From Eledone cirrhosa (taxonomy: Eukaryota), in contig OZ024747.1 in NCBI GenBank assembly GCA_964016885.1, positions 31,868,001 through 31,932,000 of the forward strand: DNA of 64,000 nt, written 5' to 3'. This document shows, piece after piece, positions 60,961-64,000 of the stretch; the first letter of the stretch is position 1; the number at the start of each line of letters is the position of its first letter. The position numbers were made by a program, and so were the translations under genes. The notes beneath the pieces are model-generated. The model was given only the letters and a program-made list of their open reading frames with translations, ran no database searches and had not been told where the DNA came from.

Positions 60961-62398
60961 CGGGTGCTTTTATTTGTGCCACCAGCACTAGAGAGGGACC
61001 TTCTCCACCCCATAATATTTATGGAAAAATATTTCATAAAAAATGTGTTCCAATTACCTGCTTAATATTGAGAAAGTTAGTTATACAGGAGGCCCCTAAA
61101 GTCTGGACAAGCAGACAAAATGCATATTTTCAATAAAATAAAATTCAACAACATTTTATGTAATTGAAATATTAATAAATAACATTTCAAGTTCGATGCG
61201 CTTTGCAAGATTCATGTGAACCTAATGCATGAACTCCAGATTGCTGGTCAGACTTTAGTGAGACTCTGTATTACTAAATCCCTCCAAATTCTCGATTATC
61301 CTCAAAATTATTTGAAATTCATGGCAACATCTTTCATTAGAAATATTGTAATGAAAGGCTAAACACATATAAGTTTGCCATATCTGCTTGGGTGCTAATA
61401 AGGTAAACAGCCTGAAGAAACACCATGAAAAATGTTTGTACAACATTCTACGAATTCCACCAATCCACTGCTCTGAACTTTATTTTATTGACATTGGAAG
61501 GAAGAAAGACAAAATTGACTTTGGCAGGATTTGGACTCAGAATATAAAAAGACACAACAACGTATGTTTTTCAATGCTAAAATAGTTCTATAATGTTTTC
61601 ACTTATCAAAGCAAGAGATATCAGCTGTGTGTATCCAGTTTAGAATTGGTACATCATATTTCTGCATGTCATAAGGAGCAACTAAAAGGGTTGGTGTCAA
61701 GAAGATGCCTCAAAACATTCTATCCAACCAGAATGGAAATATTGACATGAACACAATGGAAATGATGATATACTACAGAATAAACACACACATTTAAGCT
61801 AGCACTGCATGTGCAAATTAATTGAAATTGACCATGTACACTAAAGAGTGTAATTGTATTTCCTTATACAACGGTGAAAAAAAAAGGTATCAGCTACTTT
61901 CTTTTTATCAGCTAGAAGCTAATTGTGAATAAAGAAATGTATGCATAACTAAACTTAATTTCATATAGAAACAAGCATAAATAAATAAATAAATAAAACC
62001 AAAAGATTCATAAAATCACAACTTAATAGAAAGTTATCTAATTTTATAATATATAACAATATCTTGGAGTTCTCTCTGCTTGAGGAATTTTAGCACCTTT
62101 TGTATTGAGGGGTTTTTGGTCAACAAGTGGATATTTTTACATATCATTAATTTCGTTTTATATATAAATATGATGGGCTTCTGCAGTTTCCATCTACTAA
62201 ATTTTATTCACAAGGCATTGGTCAATCCAAAGCTATAGTCAAAGACACTTGACCAAGGGGCCATATAATGAGACTCAACTCATAACAATGTGATTGCAAA
62301 GTGAACTGCTTAACCACACAGCTATACCTGCACACACACATACACACACACATATGTGTGTATATCATCATAGTCGATTTTAAGTCAGCTTTCTCATC

Positions 62399-62712
62399 AT
62401 TTCATCATTTCATTTTCCGTCCACTTTTCCCTGCTTGCAAGGGTGGGACGGGAACTGATTCTGGCTTGATTTCTACAGCTGGATGCCCTTCCTAACACCA
62501 ACCTCATTTACAGTGAGTGCTGGGTGCTTTTTTGCCGTGGCACCTCCACGACCACTTTGCAGTGGAATGATATGGACCCCAGTCCTTATCATCTCATTTC
62601 TACAGCTGAGTAAACTGGAACAATTTGAAATAAGGTGTCTTGCTCAAGGAAACAACACATCACCCGGTCTGAGAATTGAACTCACAACCTTTCGATTGCA
62701 AGGCCAATGCTC
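62399..62712 (-). mobile_element. tRNA-SINE, same family
   Basis: Reverse complement of 63321-63650. Confidence 0.88.
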
Positions 62713-62734
62713 TATACATATATATATATGTTAA

Positions 62735-63062
62735 GACACGGCTTAGTGGTTACAGAGTCGATTTGCAATTGTATGGCTGTGAATTCGTTTCCCAGGCTTG
62801 GGATGTGTTGTGTCCTTGTGTAAGACTTTATTTCATGTTAGTCCAATCATTCAACTGTAACAATGAGTTGCGACATCACTGGTGCCAAGCTATATAGGCC
62901 TTTGCCTTTACCTCGGACAACATTGGTGGCATGAAGAAGGGAAACAGGTATGCATGGGTGACTGCTGGTCATCCACAGTGACACCTTACCTAGATTTGTG
63001 CCTCGGAGGGGAACTTTCTAGGTGCAAACCCCATCGTCTGTGACTGAAGGGGGTCTTTACCC
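62735..63062 (+). mobile_element. Older tRNA-SINE with a similar head and centre but a different tail
   Basis: GGCTTAGTGGTTACAG head, GTGTTGTGTCCTTGTGTAAGACTTTATTTCA centre, unrelated 3' half ending GGGGGTCTTTACCC-(TA)n. Confidence 0.6.
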
Positions 63063-63234
63063 TATATATATATATATATATATACACTCACACACCTTAT
63101 ACAAATATATAATGTATATATATGCATACCTACAAAGTCCTACAGCTTATTTTCCGGGCGATATGGCGCATTCCGTTAAGGAATGAAACCCACAATTTCG
63201 ATTCTGGTTGAATTCTTTTAATCTATCTTAATTT

Positions 63235-63320
<86 letters not shown>

Positions 63321-63322
<2 letters not shown>

Positions 63323-63650
63323 CACATGGCTTAGTGGTTAGAGCATTGGCCTTGCCATCGAAATGTTGTGAGTTCAATTCTCAGACCGGGTGATGTGTTG
63401 TTTCCTTGAGCAAGACACTTTATTTCACATTGCTCCAGTTTACTCAGTTGTAGAAATGAGATGATAGGGACTGGGGTCCATATCATTCCACTGCAAAGTG
63501 GTCGTGGAGGCGCCACGGCAAAAAAGCACCCAGCACTCACTGTAAATGAGGTTGGTGTTAGGAAGGGCATCCAGCTGTAGAAATCAAGCCAGAATCAGTT
63601 CCCGTCCCACCCTTGCAAGCAGGGAAAAGCGGACGTAAAATGAAAATGAT
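63321..63650 (+). mobile_element. tRNA-SINE, full length
   Basis: A box, B box, centre and tail all intact; follows (TA)n(GA)n. Confidence 0.9.
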
Positions 63651-64000
63651 ATATATATATATATATATATAGATAGAGAGAGAGAGAGAGAGAGAAATGA
63701 ATAGTTAAACAAATAGATAAAATACGATGGTCATAGATGGAACAATGATGCTGATCATAGGTCTGTTCCATCATGGCTGACCTGGAGTTAAACAACAACA
63801 GCAATAACAACGATAAACAACAAACAACAACTGTTTACATTACAAAAGATACAACCCTGAATAGATAAGATTACTTCTCTATTTAATAGACAACATTACT
63901 GGAATTCTTTTTTTTCCTACATTATATAATGGTAAGTCCATTGGATTTCTATAGTACACTGATAGAATATATAACCTTCTAGTCATGAATTCCATTTCTG

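Noticed and set aside
63321-63395. tRNA genes
   Set aside because: A and B boxes are SINE heads that run straight into SINE bodies; no complete cloverleaf.

Overview
Very AT-rich, microsatellite-saturated eukaryotic DNA. The SINE/LINE content and (TA)n/(TG)n load suggest a coleoid cephalopod such as Octopus (inference). I found no host gene exon; nearly all ORF-track entries are translated microsatellites or SINEs. The main content is a Penelope-like retroelement (PLE) system. Three diverged, 5'-truncated RT and/or GIY-YIG copies are present, one forming a >=4.5 kb hairpin palindrome with a 3-nt loop. Around them lie about 15 intact or decayed type I hammerhead ribozyme (HHR) motifs from several unrelated non-coding families, almost all embedded in (TA)n. 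These include a near-perfect 3 x ~490 bp retrozyme-like tandem array, several fold-back palindromes, and two HHRs sharing a U4C core variant. The window also holds a decayed Helitron, a non-autonomous Helitron with an internal minisatellite, RTE-type and L1/Tx1-type LINE relics, and many tRNA-derived SINEs. All folds and alignments were done by eye and coordinates of decayed elements are approximate.
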